From assembly GCA_040218735.1 (NCBI GenBank), contig JAVJQW010000008.1:96001-160000 (forward strand): a DNA stretch of 64,000 bases, read 5' to 3'. A program made the position numbers and the translations under genes. The notes under the pieces are model-generated. The model was not told the DNA's origin, made no database searches, and saw only the letters and a program-made list of their open reading frames with translations. Origin of the DNA: Deltaproteobacteria bacterium (GTDB lineage Bacteria > Myxococcota > Kuafuiibacteriia > Kuafuiibacteriales > Kuafuiibacteriaceae). Of this stretch, positions 37,844-48,100 are shown piece by piece (the first letter of the stretch is position 1; each line of letters begins with the position of its first letter).

Positions 37844-37859
37844 AGCAACGCGCGAGCCA
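37844..37859 (-). promoter_or_regulatory. Putative sigma-54 (-24/-12) promoter of the acylase gene
   Basis: Minus strand TGGCTCG-CGCG-TTGCT, one mismatch to TGGCACG-N4-TTGCW with exact GG-N10-GC spacing, 13 nt upstream of ATG 37830. Confidence 0.6.
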
Positions 37860-38042
37860 ATCCGCGCGACGTCGCGGGAGGGCGCCCGCGGGAGGGGGCT
37901 GTCCTCGCGCCCTGTCAGAGGCGTCGGACGATCCTGTCGAACGTGTCGGGTGAAACTGTCACCCGCCGTCGCGGTAGAAGACACCGGCGTCGCCTTGGGC
38001 TCCGACCTTTCGCCGCGCCCCCCTTTCTCCTAAGTTGCGCGC

Positions 38043-39740
38043 GTGCGCGCCGCGCAGATCATCGCCCTGTCGCTGGTCGCGGGATGCGCGCTCGAGCCGG
38101 ACGGCGCCATCGGACACGACCCGGTGCCCGCCGGCCTGAGTCACTTCGCGTGGGTGTTTCAGGACGCGTCCGGCGCGCAGATCCACGCGACCGCGTTGCT
38201 CCCCGCCGTCGAAGTCGACATCGGCTTGCGCAGCTTGCCCGAGCCGGGCGCGGATCCGCACGCCGCTGCGACCGTTCGTCTCTACGGATTCTCCGCGGAG
38301 CAGATCATGTCGCTCGGCGCGGTGGGTACCGACCCCGTTCGTTTGAGTGGACCGGGCGATCCTCTTCTCCCGACCCCCGCGTGGCACGTCGCGGGTGACG
38401 GCGGCAAAATCATTCGCCTCGAGGAAGACGCCAGCGCGCCTCCGCTCACCGCGGATTGGATCGCGCCGTGCCCGCTCGACGTCCCAGCCGACGCCGCTGT
38501 GCAATTCTCCTGCGCGACGCAGACGTGTGTGCCGCTCACGTCGTCGAACATGTGTGCGCTCGACCTCCCGCTCGCGGACTGCGGCGCGGTCGACTGGCGC
38601 GTCACGCCCAAGGACGACGACCTCGCCGTCTCGGAGTCGGGCTGCGAAGTGATCGGCGACGCGACGAGCGCGCTGTCGATCGGGTGCGCGGCGCCGCGCT
38701 GCCGAGTCGACGTCTACCCTAAAGCGGATCCGCTCCCCGTCATGCGCATCCCGGTCGTGAACGTGCCGGACCGCGGCGGGGACGAACCCACGCCGTTTCC
38801 TTCGGGCTACCTCGGGGACGCGGCGCTGTTGTCGGACCGCGTCGTCGTCGCCTCCCACGACGGTTTGTTCCTCCCGAACGACTGCACCTCGGACGCGGAC
38901 GGCAAGTTCGAGTTCTTCGCGCTGACGGGGGAGCACGTCGCGACTTCGACGGCGCCCCCGTGTGTGTGGTTCGTCGAGCCGGAGGGCGATGGCTTCTACG
39001 CGACCTTCGGCTCGGACCACTCGAACCTCGGTCGATTCGATCCCACGGGCCAGCTCGTGGAGACGTTCGATCGCATCCGCGATCTCGGCACGCGCTACGT
39101 GTGGCGTGCCTTCATGAAGAACAAACAGTCGCCGTCGCTGAGCGGGCTCGTGTTCGCGCGTTCGCTCCCGGCGTCCAACGCGGTGTTCCTGGAGATCGAT
39201 CCCGTGTCGAAGCTCGTCTACCCGACGCCCGACATCTCACCCAACGCGAACCAGCTCCTCGAGATCAGCGAGACGCGGGTCGGCGCGTACGATCCGACCG
39301 CCAATCAGCTCCAAGTGATCGACCTCGACACGAACACGGTGGTGTCGACGACTCAGCTCATGCGCCTGTGCGACGGCGCCGAGAACATCACCCGCGTGTA
39401 CTGGGACGCGACGACCGATACGTTCGTGGGTGTCTCGGGGGAGCCGGCGCCGGCGGCGTTCACGTTCGACGCGACGCTGATGACCTGCAACCGCATCGGG
39501 TACTCGCTCAGCGCCACGGATCTCGATCGGATCGCGTCGTTCACCGAGAGCCGCGTCTTGATCGGCGGTGTCTCGGCCGCGGGCGTCACCTCGATCGCGC
39601 TCTACGACGCGGTCAACGGGCGTGTGTTCCCGGGTCACCGAACGGCGGGCCGCGGTCCCATCGGAAACATCGCCGTCGGACGCGAGCGCCACTACGCGAC
39701 GCTCCCCTTCACCGGCGAGCTCCTGGTGATCGGCCGGTGA
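38043..39740 (+). CDS. Lipoprotein with a Cys-rich region and a C-terminal beta-propeller
   Basis: Lipobox VAGC, a cluster of about 8 Cys, repeated beta-blade-like segments. Confidence 0.72.
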   Translation: MRAAQIIALSLVAGCALEPDGAIGHDPVPAGLSHFAWVFQDASGAQIHATALLPAVEVDIGLRSLPEPGADPHAAATVRLYGFSAEQIMSLGAVGTDPVRLSGPGDPLLPTPAWHVAGDGGKIIRLEEDASAPPLTADWIAPCPLDVPADAAVQFSCATQTCVPLTSSNMCALDLPLADCGAVDWRVTPKDDDLAVSESGCEVIGDATSALSIGCAAPRCRVDVYPKADPLPVMRIPVVNVPDRGGDEPTPFPSGYLGDAALLSDRVVVASHDGLFLPNDCTSDADGKFEFFALTGEHVATSTAPPCVWFVEPEGDGFYATFGSDHSNLGRFDPTGQLVETFDRIRDLGTRYVWRAFMKNKQSPSLSGLVFARSLPASNAVFLEIDPVSKLVYPTPDISPNANQLLEISETRVGAYDPTANQLQVIDLDTNTVVSTTQLMRLCDGAENITRVYWDATTDTFVGVSGEPAPAAFTFDATLMTCNRIGYSLSATDLDRIASFTESRVLIGGVSAAGVTSIALYDAVNGRVFPGHRTAGRGPIGNIAVGRERHYATLPFTGELLVIGR

Positions 39741-40354
39741 TCGGGCTGCTCCTCATCGCGAGCGTTGGTGTCGGTGTCTCCGTCGTCGACGGCGTGGACG
39801 AACCGACGGCCGACGCGATCGTCGACGCCGTCGCGGAGGCGGTTCGCACGTCGACGACCTCCGCCGTGAAGCGTTGCGAAGGCTGCGCGGAGCCTGCGGT
39901 CGTGTTGCAGCTGTTCGGGGGCCCGACGCTCGTGCGCGTCGTCGCGCGTTCGGTGGGGCGATCCGACGAGCCGCTCACGGTGGACGTCGACCGCAACCAG
40001 ATCGAGCCGGCCGCGTTCGACGCGCTGGCGAAGGCGTTCTTCCCCCCTGCGCCTCCGGCGTTGTCGAAGCCGCCGCCACCGCCCTCGGTGGCGATCGTCG
40101 CCCCGCCCGAACCGAGCACTTCGGTCGCACCGTTCGTGCTCCTCGGGACCGCGTTCGCCGCGGGTACCGCCGCGGCGATCCTCGGCGCGCGGAGCCGCTC
40201 GGCGAAGAACCAGCTCGAGGCCGGGCTGCTCGACAACGCCGAGCTGAATCAACTCCTGGACCAGCAGCGAAACGAAGGGCTGGCGGCGAACGTCCTGATC
40301 GGCGCGTCCGTCACGCTCGCGGTGTCGGCCGTGGTGTGGTGGGTGCTGGATTGA
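39737..40354 (+). CDS. Hypothetical exported protein with a Pro-rich linker and C-terminal hydrophobic helices
   Basis: GTG 39737 overlaps the upstream stop (GTGA). Signal-like N-terminus, CEGC, and the C-terminal LAANVLIGASVTLAVSAVVWW typical of myxobacterial PEGA/TPR partner proteins. Confidence 0.68.
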   Translation: MIGLLLIASVGVGVSVVDGVDEPTADAIVDAVAEAVRTSTTSAVKRCEGCAEPAVVLQLFGGPTLVRVVARSVGRSDEPLTVDVDRNQIEPAAFDALAKAFFPPAPPALSKPPPPPSVAIVAPPEPSTSVAPFVLLGTAFAAGTAAAILGARSRSAKNQLEAGLLDNAELNQLLDQQRNEGLAANVLIGASVTLAVSAVVWWVLD

Positions 40355-40357
40355 TGC

Positions 40358-42958
40358 TCACCGCAGCGCGGCTTCGAGGGCGGTGAGCTCGTCCCCGATC
40401 GCACGTCGCCGCGCTTCGGGCGGGCGCTGCGCGAGCGCTTGGCGGATGTCGAGGTAACGCATCTCCAGCGCGCGGTCGGAGCGCGCCGCGAGGCGCGTTG
40501 CGATCTTCTCGAGGCGACGCCGGAGGACGGGCTCCGTGATGGCCGCGGCGTCGATGCGGCGCTCGAGCTCGGCGAAGCGGCGCTCGACCGCGTCCCAATC
40601 CTTCGCGTCGATCGCTGCCTCGTACGCGGCGCGTTCACTGTCGGGGAGGTCCGCGGCGACGACGTGCCGTCGCGCCATCGCGCGGGTGAGGCGGGCGCGC
40701 GCGTCCTTCGCACGCGCTTCGTCCTTGCGCTGGGCTTCGGCCGCCCGGCGCGTGGCCGCAGCGGTTCCGCTCGGGCGCGCCGCGGGCGAGCCAGCGGTGT
40801 CGTTCGGCCCGCCCGCAGACGAGGGGTCGCGCGAAGACGCGGCGCCGCCGTTCCCACGGTCGCGCGCAGCGCTCGTAGAACCGTCGGACGCCGCGCGCTT
40901 CCTGTCGCCGTTGCTACGGTTGCCGGCCCCCCGCGAGTCGCTCGAAGCCCGGTCCGATGCGGCGCGCTTCGTGTCGCCGTTGGTACGGTTGCCGGCACCA
41001 CGTGGGTCGCCCGAAGCCCGGTCGGATGCCGCGCGCTTCGTGTCGCCGTTGTTGCGGTTGCGCGCAGCGCGCGGGTCGCTCGAAGCCCGCTCGGATGCCG
41101 CACGCGAGCCGCCGTCGGCGGCTGCGCCCGGGGATGTGCCGGTCGCCGCTTCGCCGAACTTCGGCGCCGTCGCCCTCTCCAGCGCCCTCAGCTCGGCGCC
41201 GCGTAGGGACGCGTCGTCGTCGTCGGTTGCACCCACCCGAACCGCGTTCGCTTGGCCCGTCGCCTCCCGGCCCGCGGCCGCACGCGGATCGCCCTCCGCC
41301 TTCGACACCGTCGCGACGGCTTCGCGCCCCGTCACCGCATCCGTCCGCCCGCCCAGCGAAACCGCGATCCCCGCGCCTCCGATCGCCAGCCCCAGCGCGG
41401 CCACCGCGAACATTCGCCCGAGGCGTCGCTGCCCCGGGCGCCACGCGCGCACTTCGTCGACCGGAGCGCCGGTCGCCTCCGCGACGCGCCGCACGACCGC
41501 CTCCTCACGACCCGCGCCGAGGACCTGCGTGCCGCCGCGCAGCGCGTCCATCAGGCCCGGCTCGGTGATTCGCCACGCGTGACCGTCGGCGATGATCCGC
41601 GTCAGCGGCGGCGGCGCGACCTCACCCACCGCTTCGACCGTCGCCGCCAACCACGCGTAGAACGCCGGTCCCTCGGACCGCGGCACGGAGCCGGCCGCGA
41701 GGGGTGCGCCCGCCGGCCGCTCGGTGAGGAGGAAGGGGCGCCCGTCGTCGAGGGTCCCGCAGCCCTCGATGCGCGCCACGCCGTCGACCGCGAGGTCGCG
41801 GACCGCCGCGACGCGTCGACTGAAGCGTGCGACGTCGTCCGGATCCGTCTCGGCCTCGAAGACCTCCAACGTCGCGTGATCCCCGAGCAAGGTGTGTTGC
41901 GCAAGGTAGATTGCGGTGTCGTCGGTGCGGTCCATCAACTGCACGACCCGGTAGCCGTGGATCGTCGCGTGGAGGATCGACGGCGCGGTTCCGACCACCG
42001 TCGCGAAGCGACGCACCGGCGTGTCTACGGCGTCGTCGAGCTCGAAGTCGAAGAGATCGGCGAACGGTGCCATCGGCTCCGCCTCCCGGAGTCGATCGAG
42101 CAGGCGCCCCAGCGCGTCCGCCGACGCGGCCGCCGGCCGAAGCGCGAGGCAGGCCTCCGCGAACGCCCCGGCGCTCTCGAAACGCGCGTGCGGATCGAAC
42201 GCGAGCGCCCGCGAGAGCAGCGCGCGCACGTCTTCGTCGAGGCTCGGATCCAGCGGCGGGTGCGCCCGGCTGTACGCGAGCATCCGCGCCGCCTCCTCCT
42301 CGAGCGGGCTCTTCCCCGTGAGGAGAAAACACAGCACGAGCGCGAGCGCGTACTGGTCCGTCGCGGGACCGACGCCGGCACCGGCCGCCTGCTCGGGCGC
42401 CATGTACGCCGGCTTGCCCTTCACCACGCCCGCCGACGTTTCGTGCGTGCGTTCGTCCGCGAGCGCGATCCCGAAGTCGGCGATCTTCACGCCCCCGCTG
42501 AACGAGACGAGGATGTTGTCTGGGCTGATGTCGCGGTGGACGAGGCCGAGTCGCCGCCCGTCGTCGCCCGTCGCGTCGTGCAGATAGTCGAGGCCGCGCG
42601 CGACCTGCGCGACGATGTGCAGGGCCACGTCGACCGGCACCTCGATGCTCCGCTGGCGCGCGCGTTTCACGAGATCGTCGAGGTCGAGCCCGTCGACGTA
42701 CTCGAGCACCTGAATCGGGAGGCCGTCGAGCGTCCCGAAGTCGAAGATGGTGACGATGTTGTCGTGCTGCAGCCGGCTGACGATCTGCGCCTCGTCGACG
42801 AACGCACGCTCGAAGCTCTCGTCCTTCGCCAGGTCCGGCAGGATGCGTTTGATCGCGACGCGCCGCTCGAACCCCGCCGCCCCCTGCACGTACGCCTCGA
42901 GGAGCTCCGCCATCCCTCCGCGTTGGACGACGCGACTGACGCGGTATCGATCGCTCAT
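40358..42958 (-). CDS. Ser/Thr protein kinase with a second degenerate kinase-like domain, a TM segment and a repeat-rich external part
   Basis: RGGMA, VAIK, HRDISPDN, DFG, GKPAYMAPEQ. Second module IHGYRVVQLM...IYLAQHTLLG...CGTLDDGRPFLLTE lacks catalytic motifs. Confidence 0.9.
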   Translation of the reverse strand: MSDRYRVSRVVQRGGMAELLEAYVQGAAGFERRVAIKRILPDLAKDESFERAFVDEAQIVSRLQHDNIVTIFDFGTLDGLPIQVLEYVDGLDLDDLVKRARQRSIEVPVDVALHIVAQVARGLDYLHDATGDDGRRLGLVHRDISPDNILVSFSGGVKIADFGIALADERTHETSAGVVKGKPAYMAPEQAAGAGVGPATDQYALALVLCFLLTGKSPLEEEAARMLAYSRAHPPLDPSLDEDVRALLSRALAFDPHARFESAGAFAEACLALRPAAASADALGRLLDRLREAEPMAPFADLFDFELDDAVDTPVRRFATVVGTAPSILHATIHGYRVVQLMDRTDDTAIYLAQHTLLGDHATLEVFEAETDPDDVARFSRRVAAVRDLAVDGVARIEGCGTLDDGRPFLLTERPAGAPLAAGSVPRSEGPAFYAWLAATVEAVGEVAPPPLTRIIADGHAWRITEPGLMDALRGGTQVLGAGREEAVVRRVAEATGAPVDEVRAWRPGQRRLGRMFAVAALGLAIGGAGIAVSLGGRTDAVTGREAVATVSKAEGDPRAAAGREATGQANAVRVGATDDDDASLRGAELRALERATAPKFGEAATGTSPGAAADGGSRAASERASSDPRAARNRNNGDTKRAASDRASGDPRGAGNRTNGDTKRAASDRASSDSRGAGNRSNGDRKRAASDGSTSAARDRGNGGAASSRDPSSAGGPNDTAGSPAARPSGTAAATRRAAEAQRKDEARAKDARARLTRAMARRHVVAADLPDSERAAYEAAIDAKDWDAVERRFAELERRIDAAAITEPVLRRRLEKIATRLAARSDRALEMRYLDIRQALAQRPPEARRRAIGDELTALEAALR
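40876..41100 (-). repeat. 66-nt (22-aa) tandem repeat, about 3 copies, inside the kinase gene
   Basis: Translates as RAASDRASxDxRGAGNRxNGDxK repeats. Confidence 0.8.
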
Positions 42959-44325
42959 CGCAGGTGGTGACGTTTGAGCATCTCGTTGAGGTACGAACGG
43001 TGGATCTTCGACAGCCGCGCCGCGCGCGACACGTTCTGGCCGCTACGTTCGAGCAGCACGGTGAGGTACAGGCGCTCGAAGTCGGAGAGCACCCGCGCGC
43101 GCGACGTCTTGTAGTCGAGCGCGAGCAGCTCTTGGATCGACGAGCTCAACAGCTGGTGCGCTTCGTCTTCGGGGAGCTCGACCGGCGCCGCGACAGGGAG
43201 CGTCGGCGCCTGACCCATCGCGAGCGTGGCCTCGACGAAGTTCCTCAGCTCGCGCACGTTCCCCGGCCAGCGGTGCGTTCGTAGGCGCTCCATCCCGGCC
43301 TTCGGGATGACCGCCTCTACCGGGCCGTCGTGGCCCGCGCTGCGCAGGAAGTGTTCGACGAGCAGCGGGATGTCGTCGACGCGATCGCGCAGCGGTGGGA
43401 TGCGCAGGGTGACGACGCCGATGCGGTAGAACAGGTCCTCGCGGAAGCGCCCCGCGTTCACTTCGGTGCGGAGCTCGCGGTGCGTCGCACACAGCACGCG
43501 GACGTCGACGTTCTTCTGCGTCTTGCCGCCCACACGTCGGAACGCGCCGCGCTCGAGCGCGCCGAGGAGCGCGGTCTGCAGCGAGGGGGGTAGCTCGCCG
43601 ATCTCGTCGAGGAAGAGCGTCCCGCCGTCGGCGCGTTCGAAGGCACCCGCGTGCGCTTCCGTCGCGCCGGTGAATGCGCCCTTCTCGTGGCCGAACAACT
43701 CACTCGCCACGAGCGTCGGCGCGAGGGCGCCGCAGTCGACGATCTCGAACGGGCCGTTGCGTCGCTCACTCGCGTCGTGCACGGCCCGCGCGACGAGCTC
43801 TTTGCCGACGCCGGTCTCGCCGAGGATCAGGATGGAGATCTTCGCGCGCCCGGCCTTCTCGACGGACGCCATGAGGGAGCGGATCTCCGCGGAGCGTCCG
43901 ACGAGGTCACCCATGCGATCCGCCTCGTGGACGTCGAGCTCCACGGGGTCACCGTCGAGGACCCGCAGCTCGGAGTGCCCGACGGTGAGCACGGTGCCCG
44001 GCGCGACGGTCGCGCGTTCGAGCGCGGCGGTGCCGAGGAGGGTGCCGTTGGTCGAGCCGAGGTCGACGACCTGGATGCGGTCGCCGAGGTGGTGCAGCTC
44101 GCAGTGGTAACGCGAGACGGTGGTGTCCGCGAGGACGAGGTCGTTGGCGGCCGCGGACCCGACGCTGATGCGATCCGACGTCGCTTGGATCCGTCGCCCG
44201 CGATCCTCGCCGCGGATGACCTCGACGACGAGGGAGCGAACCGGGACTACGCACCGGCCGTCGGACAGCGTTCGGATGTTCCGCATGCCCGCGTTGGTCA
44301 GCCCATCGATCCTTTGAGGAGCCAA
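42955..44325 (-). CDS. FHA-domain sigma-54-dependent transcriptional activator (bEBP)
   Basis: FHA (TVSRYH, DLGSTNGT), GETGVGKE, ELFGHEKGAFTGA, LFLDEIGE, WPGNVREL, Fis-type HTH. Start is TTG 44325 or ATG 44286. Confidence 0.95.
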   Translation of the reverse strand: MAPQRIDGLTNAGMRNIRTLSDGRCVVPVRSLVVEVIRGEDRGRRIQATSDRISVGSAAANDLVLADTTVSRYHCELHHLGDRIQVVDLGSTNGTLLGTAALERATVAPGTVLTVGHSELRVLDGDPVELDVHEADRMGDLVGRSAEIRSLMASVEKAGRAKISILILGETGVGKELVARAVHDASERRNGPFEIVDCGALAPTLVASELFGHEKGAFTGATEAHAGAFERADGGTLFLDEIGELPPSLQTALLGALERGAFRRVGGKTQKNVDVRVLCATHRELRTEVNAGRFREDLFYRIGVVTLRIPPLRDRVDDIPLLVEHFLRSAGHDGPVEAVIPKAGMERLRTHRWPGNVRELRNFVEATLAMGQAPTLPVAAPVELPEDEAHQLLSSSIQELLALDYKTSRARVLSDFERLYLTVLLERSGQNVSRAARLSKIHRSYLNEMLKRHHLR

Positions 44326-45041
44326 CCGACGAGCACACCCACGCCGAAGACGATCGCGTAGATCACCGGTTGCGGGAGGAAGCTCTTGCTCACCTCGCGC
44401 GCGACGGCGGCGGCCATGTCGGCCTCCGACACCCGCTTGAGCGGCGGCTTGGACGCGGGCGTCGGCGGCTTCGGCGCGGGCTCTTCCGCGGGTCCGGGTT
44501 TCTTGGTCTCGGCCTGATCCGCGGGGACCTCGGCGGTGGCGGCTTCTTCGGCCGGCGCCTCGGCCTCGGGTGCGGCTTGCTCCGTCTGCTCGGCGGCGTG
44601 CGCCGCGCGGATCTTGATGTTCTCGTGCAGGCCCTCGAGGCTCTGCCCGATCACGGCTTTGGCGGACGCTTCGACGAGCCGCTGCCCGACGCTGGCGATC
44701 TTCCCGCCCACCTTGGCGTCGGCGTCGTAGTCGATGCGCGTCCCGCCGTCCGCCTCCGACAGCTTCACGTGCGCGGTGGCCTTCACGAAGCCGGCGGGGC
44801 CCTTGCCGTCGACGAGCACCGTGTAGCCCTCGAGCTCCTTGACGTCCTCGAGGGTCACCTTGCCGTCGAACTTGCCCTGCACCGGGCCGACTTTGACCTT
44901 GAGCTTGCCGACGTAGGCGCCGTCGACGAGGTCGAGCTTCTCGCAGCCCGGCATCGTGGCGGCGAGCACCTCGGGGTCCAAGATGGCTTCCCAGACGTCC
45001 TTGATCTTGGCTTCGAAGAGGTAGTCGCCTTCCAGCTTCAC
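44298..45041 (-). CDS. coxG: CoxG-family (SRPBCC) protein with a C-terminal membrane anchor
   Basis: VWEAILDPEVLAATMPGC...KVKVGPVQGKF...AKVGGKIASVGQRLV, Pro/Ala linker, C-terminal TM. Start is GTG 45041 or 45059. Confidence 0.85.
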   Translation of the reverse strand: MKLEGDYLFEAKIKDVWEAILDPEVLAATMPGCEKLDLVDGAYVGKLKVKVGPVQGKFDGKVTLEDVKELEGYTVLVDGKGPAGFVKATAHVKLSEADGGTRIDYDADAKVGGKIASVGQRLVEASAKAVIGQSLEGLHENIKIRAAHAAEQTEQAAPEAEAPAEEAATAEVPADQAETKKPGPAEEPAPKPPTPASKPPLKRVSEADMAAAVAREVSKSFLPQPVIYAIVFGVGVLVGWLLKGSMG

Positions 45042-45146
45042 GGGATCGGACGCTCGCACACGGCCGTCAGACGTGAAAGGGTGGGGATTGCAGAAATTTT
45101 TGCCCGCGAGCGGCCCAACTCACGAGCCTCTGCGTAGGGACCCGCG

Positions 45147-48100
45147 ATGAAACGACTCCTCCCCCTCCTCTTCCTCCCCCTAGCCGCCTGCAGCGGCCTC
45201 GACTCCGGCGGCAAGAACGCCTGCATGGGCGCCTCGGATTGTGCAGACGGTTTGGTCTGTATCTCCTTCGTCTGCGGCGAAGGCGCCGCGAGTGACACCG
45301 ACGGGGACGGCCTCGTCGACGCCCAGGAGATCGCCGGGTACGAGATCGTCATCGACGACAAGGGCTTCGGCCTGGAGGTCGGCGCGGACCTGCTGACGAC
45401 GCGCATGGTGACCAGCGATCCGACCAATCCGGATACCGACGGCGACGGCCTCGACGACCAGGAAGAGCTCCTCGAGCGCAGCGATCCGCGCCAGGCCGAC
45501 ACCGACGGCGACGGCCTCACCGACCTCGCGGAGAAGCGGCGCTGGAAGTCGAACCTCCTGTCGGTCGACAGCGACGGCGACGCCAAGAACCCGAACGACA
45601 ACACGCTGCCGCTCGCGTCGCTCTTCGACGGCGCCGAGGTCATGGCCGGCACGTCGCCGACGCTCGCCGACACCGACGGCGACGCGCGCTCCGACTTCGA
45701 GGAGCGCGACTCCGCCGTACGCGATCCGCGCGTCGCCGAGATCCCGCAGGCCGACATGCGCGTCGTCGGTGAGCTCACCGTCGAGCTCAACGTCGAGTAC
45801 GCGGACACGCAGGGCGAAGAGACGACCTACGGCGAGTCGTACTCCACGACGAACTCCAGCAGCCAGTCGCGCTCGGACATGGAGAGCACCGCGGTGACCA
45901 TCGCGGCGTCGAAGGGCGGGGAGGGCTTCTTCGACGACCTCGAGTTCAGCAAACAAGGCGCGATCAAGTTCTTCGGCGGCAAGGCGCTCGAGCTGGGACG
46001 CCAGGGCGTGTGTCAGGCGGCCGCGGGCGGCGAGGTGAAGTTCAGCCAGGAAGCGCCCGACGCGCTCAACGCGGTGACCGACGCGATCTTCGGGCTCGCG
46101 GGTGACATCTTCAACGCGGTCGGCGGCGGTGCCACCGGCGCGTGTGACCCGCCGACGCCCGAGACGACGAACACCACTTCGACGACGCTCACGCAGGAGT
46201 CGTCGCGCTCCGCGACCGAGAGTTATTCGGAGTACCGCACCGAGTCGCGCACGCGCACCGAGACGGCGTCGGACGGCACGATCACGGTGGGGTTCGAGAT
46301 CGAGAACATCGGCAAGTCGACCTTCACGCTCGTGAACCCGACGGTGACGGTGATGCAGTGGGTGCTCTCGCCGAGCCCGCAGTCGGAGATCGGCTCCGGC
46401 GCGTTCCGCACGCTGACGACGCTCTCGGCGATCGACGGCGGCGTTGTCGACGGCGCGGGCAACCGCACGTTCACGCTGGCGCCGAACGAGTCGACCATCG
46501 TGCAGATGTCGAACGACGCGGTGAACGCCGACTTCATCAAGGCGTTCCTCGCGCGCCCCGAGGCGATCTTCTTCAGCCCGGCGCAGTTCGACATCTCGGA
46601 CGCCGAAGGCGCCAACTTCAAGTTCCTCACCGAGGAGACGTTCGGTCGCACCGCGACGCTCGTGATCGACGACGGCGTCAGCCCCACGCAGCGCTATCAG
46701 GTCGCGACCAACGCGGACCGCACGGAAGACGGCGAGCTCGCCGGCGTGCGGATGGGGACGGTCCTCGGCGACATCCTGAAGATCCCGTACACCACGCAGG
46801 AAGTCGCGCGGCAGGACGCCGACGGAGCGACGGTCATGGTCGAAGAGCTCGAGTCGATCGGTAACCTCGCGAACCAGCGCTCCGCGGATCGCGGCGACGT
46901 CGAAAACGGCATCCCCGGCGACGCGGAGGGGGTGTGGCTCATCTACGTGAAGCGCCCCGAGCAGGCCGAGGCGTCGCGCCCGTTCGACGACGTCCGCATG
47001 TTCCCCGGCGACGAGGTGCGTTTGGTCTACCTGCGCGACGTCGATGGCGACGGCGTGATGCGGCGCGAGGAGATGCTCTACGGCTCGAGCGACATGGACG
47101 CGGACTCGGACGACGACGGCCTGTCGGACTACCAGGAGCTCAAGAAGGGTTGGCTCGTCACGATCACGTACGACGACGGCGGCTCGGACGCGACGGTGAG
47201 TTATCGCGTGTCCTCGAACCCGACGCGCGTCGACTCCGACGGCGACGGCCTGACCGACATCGAAGAGCGCGACCTCGGCACCGACCCGAACAACCCGGAC
47301 ACGGACGACGACGGTCAGTCGGACCGCTGTGAGGTGCTCCCGCTCGACACCAACGACACCGTGGAGAATGGCGCGTGCCTGCCGGTTCCGAAGTACGCGC
47401 TGATCGGCGGCGGCTCGATGAAGGTGCTCGGCATCGAGGCGGACGGTTCGTTCGTGGACTTGATGGAGGGCGGCGGGCCCGTCGGCGGCAACGCGGTCGT
47501 GACCTCGTCCGGCGCGCACATCTACGGCGCGGGCGGCAGCAACGGCAGCGCGACGGTCACGGTGTTCGACTTCGACGTGCGCACGGGCGCGGTCACCGAC
47601 AACCCCTACCCGCAGGAGGACTGGGGCAACGGTGGCATGAAGGACTTCGAGACGGTCGTGAAGCACCCGTTCCTCGACGTGGTCTATGCGTGCAACTCCG
47701 ACGGCGAGAGCGACGGCGTCTACGCCTACCGCGTCGATGACGACACGCAGCCGGGTCGCGCGCTTCGCATCAGCACCGAGCGCGGTGGCATCCAGAGCCC
47801 GAAGGATCTGGTCGTCACGCCGGACGGGCGCTACCTCATCGCGATCGGCAATGCGCGCGAGATCATGACGCTCGGGATCAACTTCGACCCGAACGCCGGA
47901 GAGATCGGCGAGACGGTGGACCTGCGCGATGGTCGCATCCGCGAGACGATCCCCTTCTTCCCGACGGCGATCGAGATCAGCCCCGACGGTTCGCTGCTGT
48001 TCCTCGCCGGGACGCGCCTGCAGAATCAGGTCCGGTCGAACTTCATGCAGAGCTACCGCGTGGACCCGATCGACGCGTCGCTGACCGAGGTCCCGCTCGC

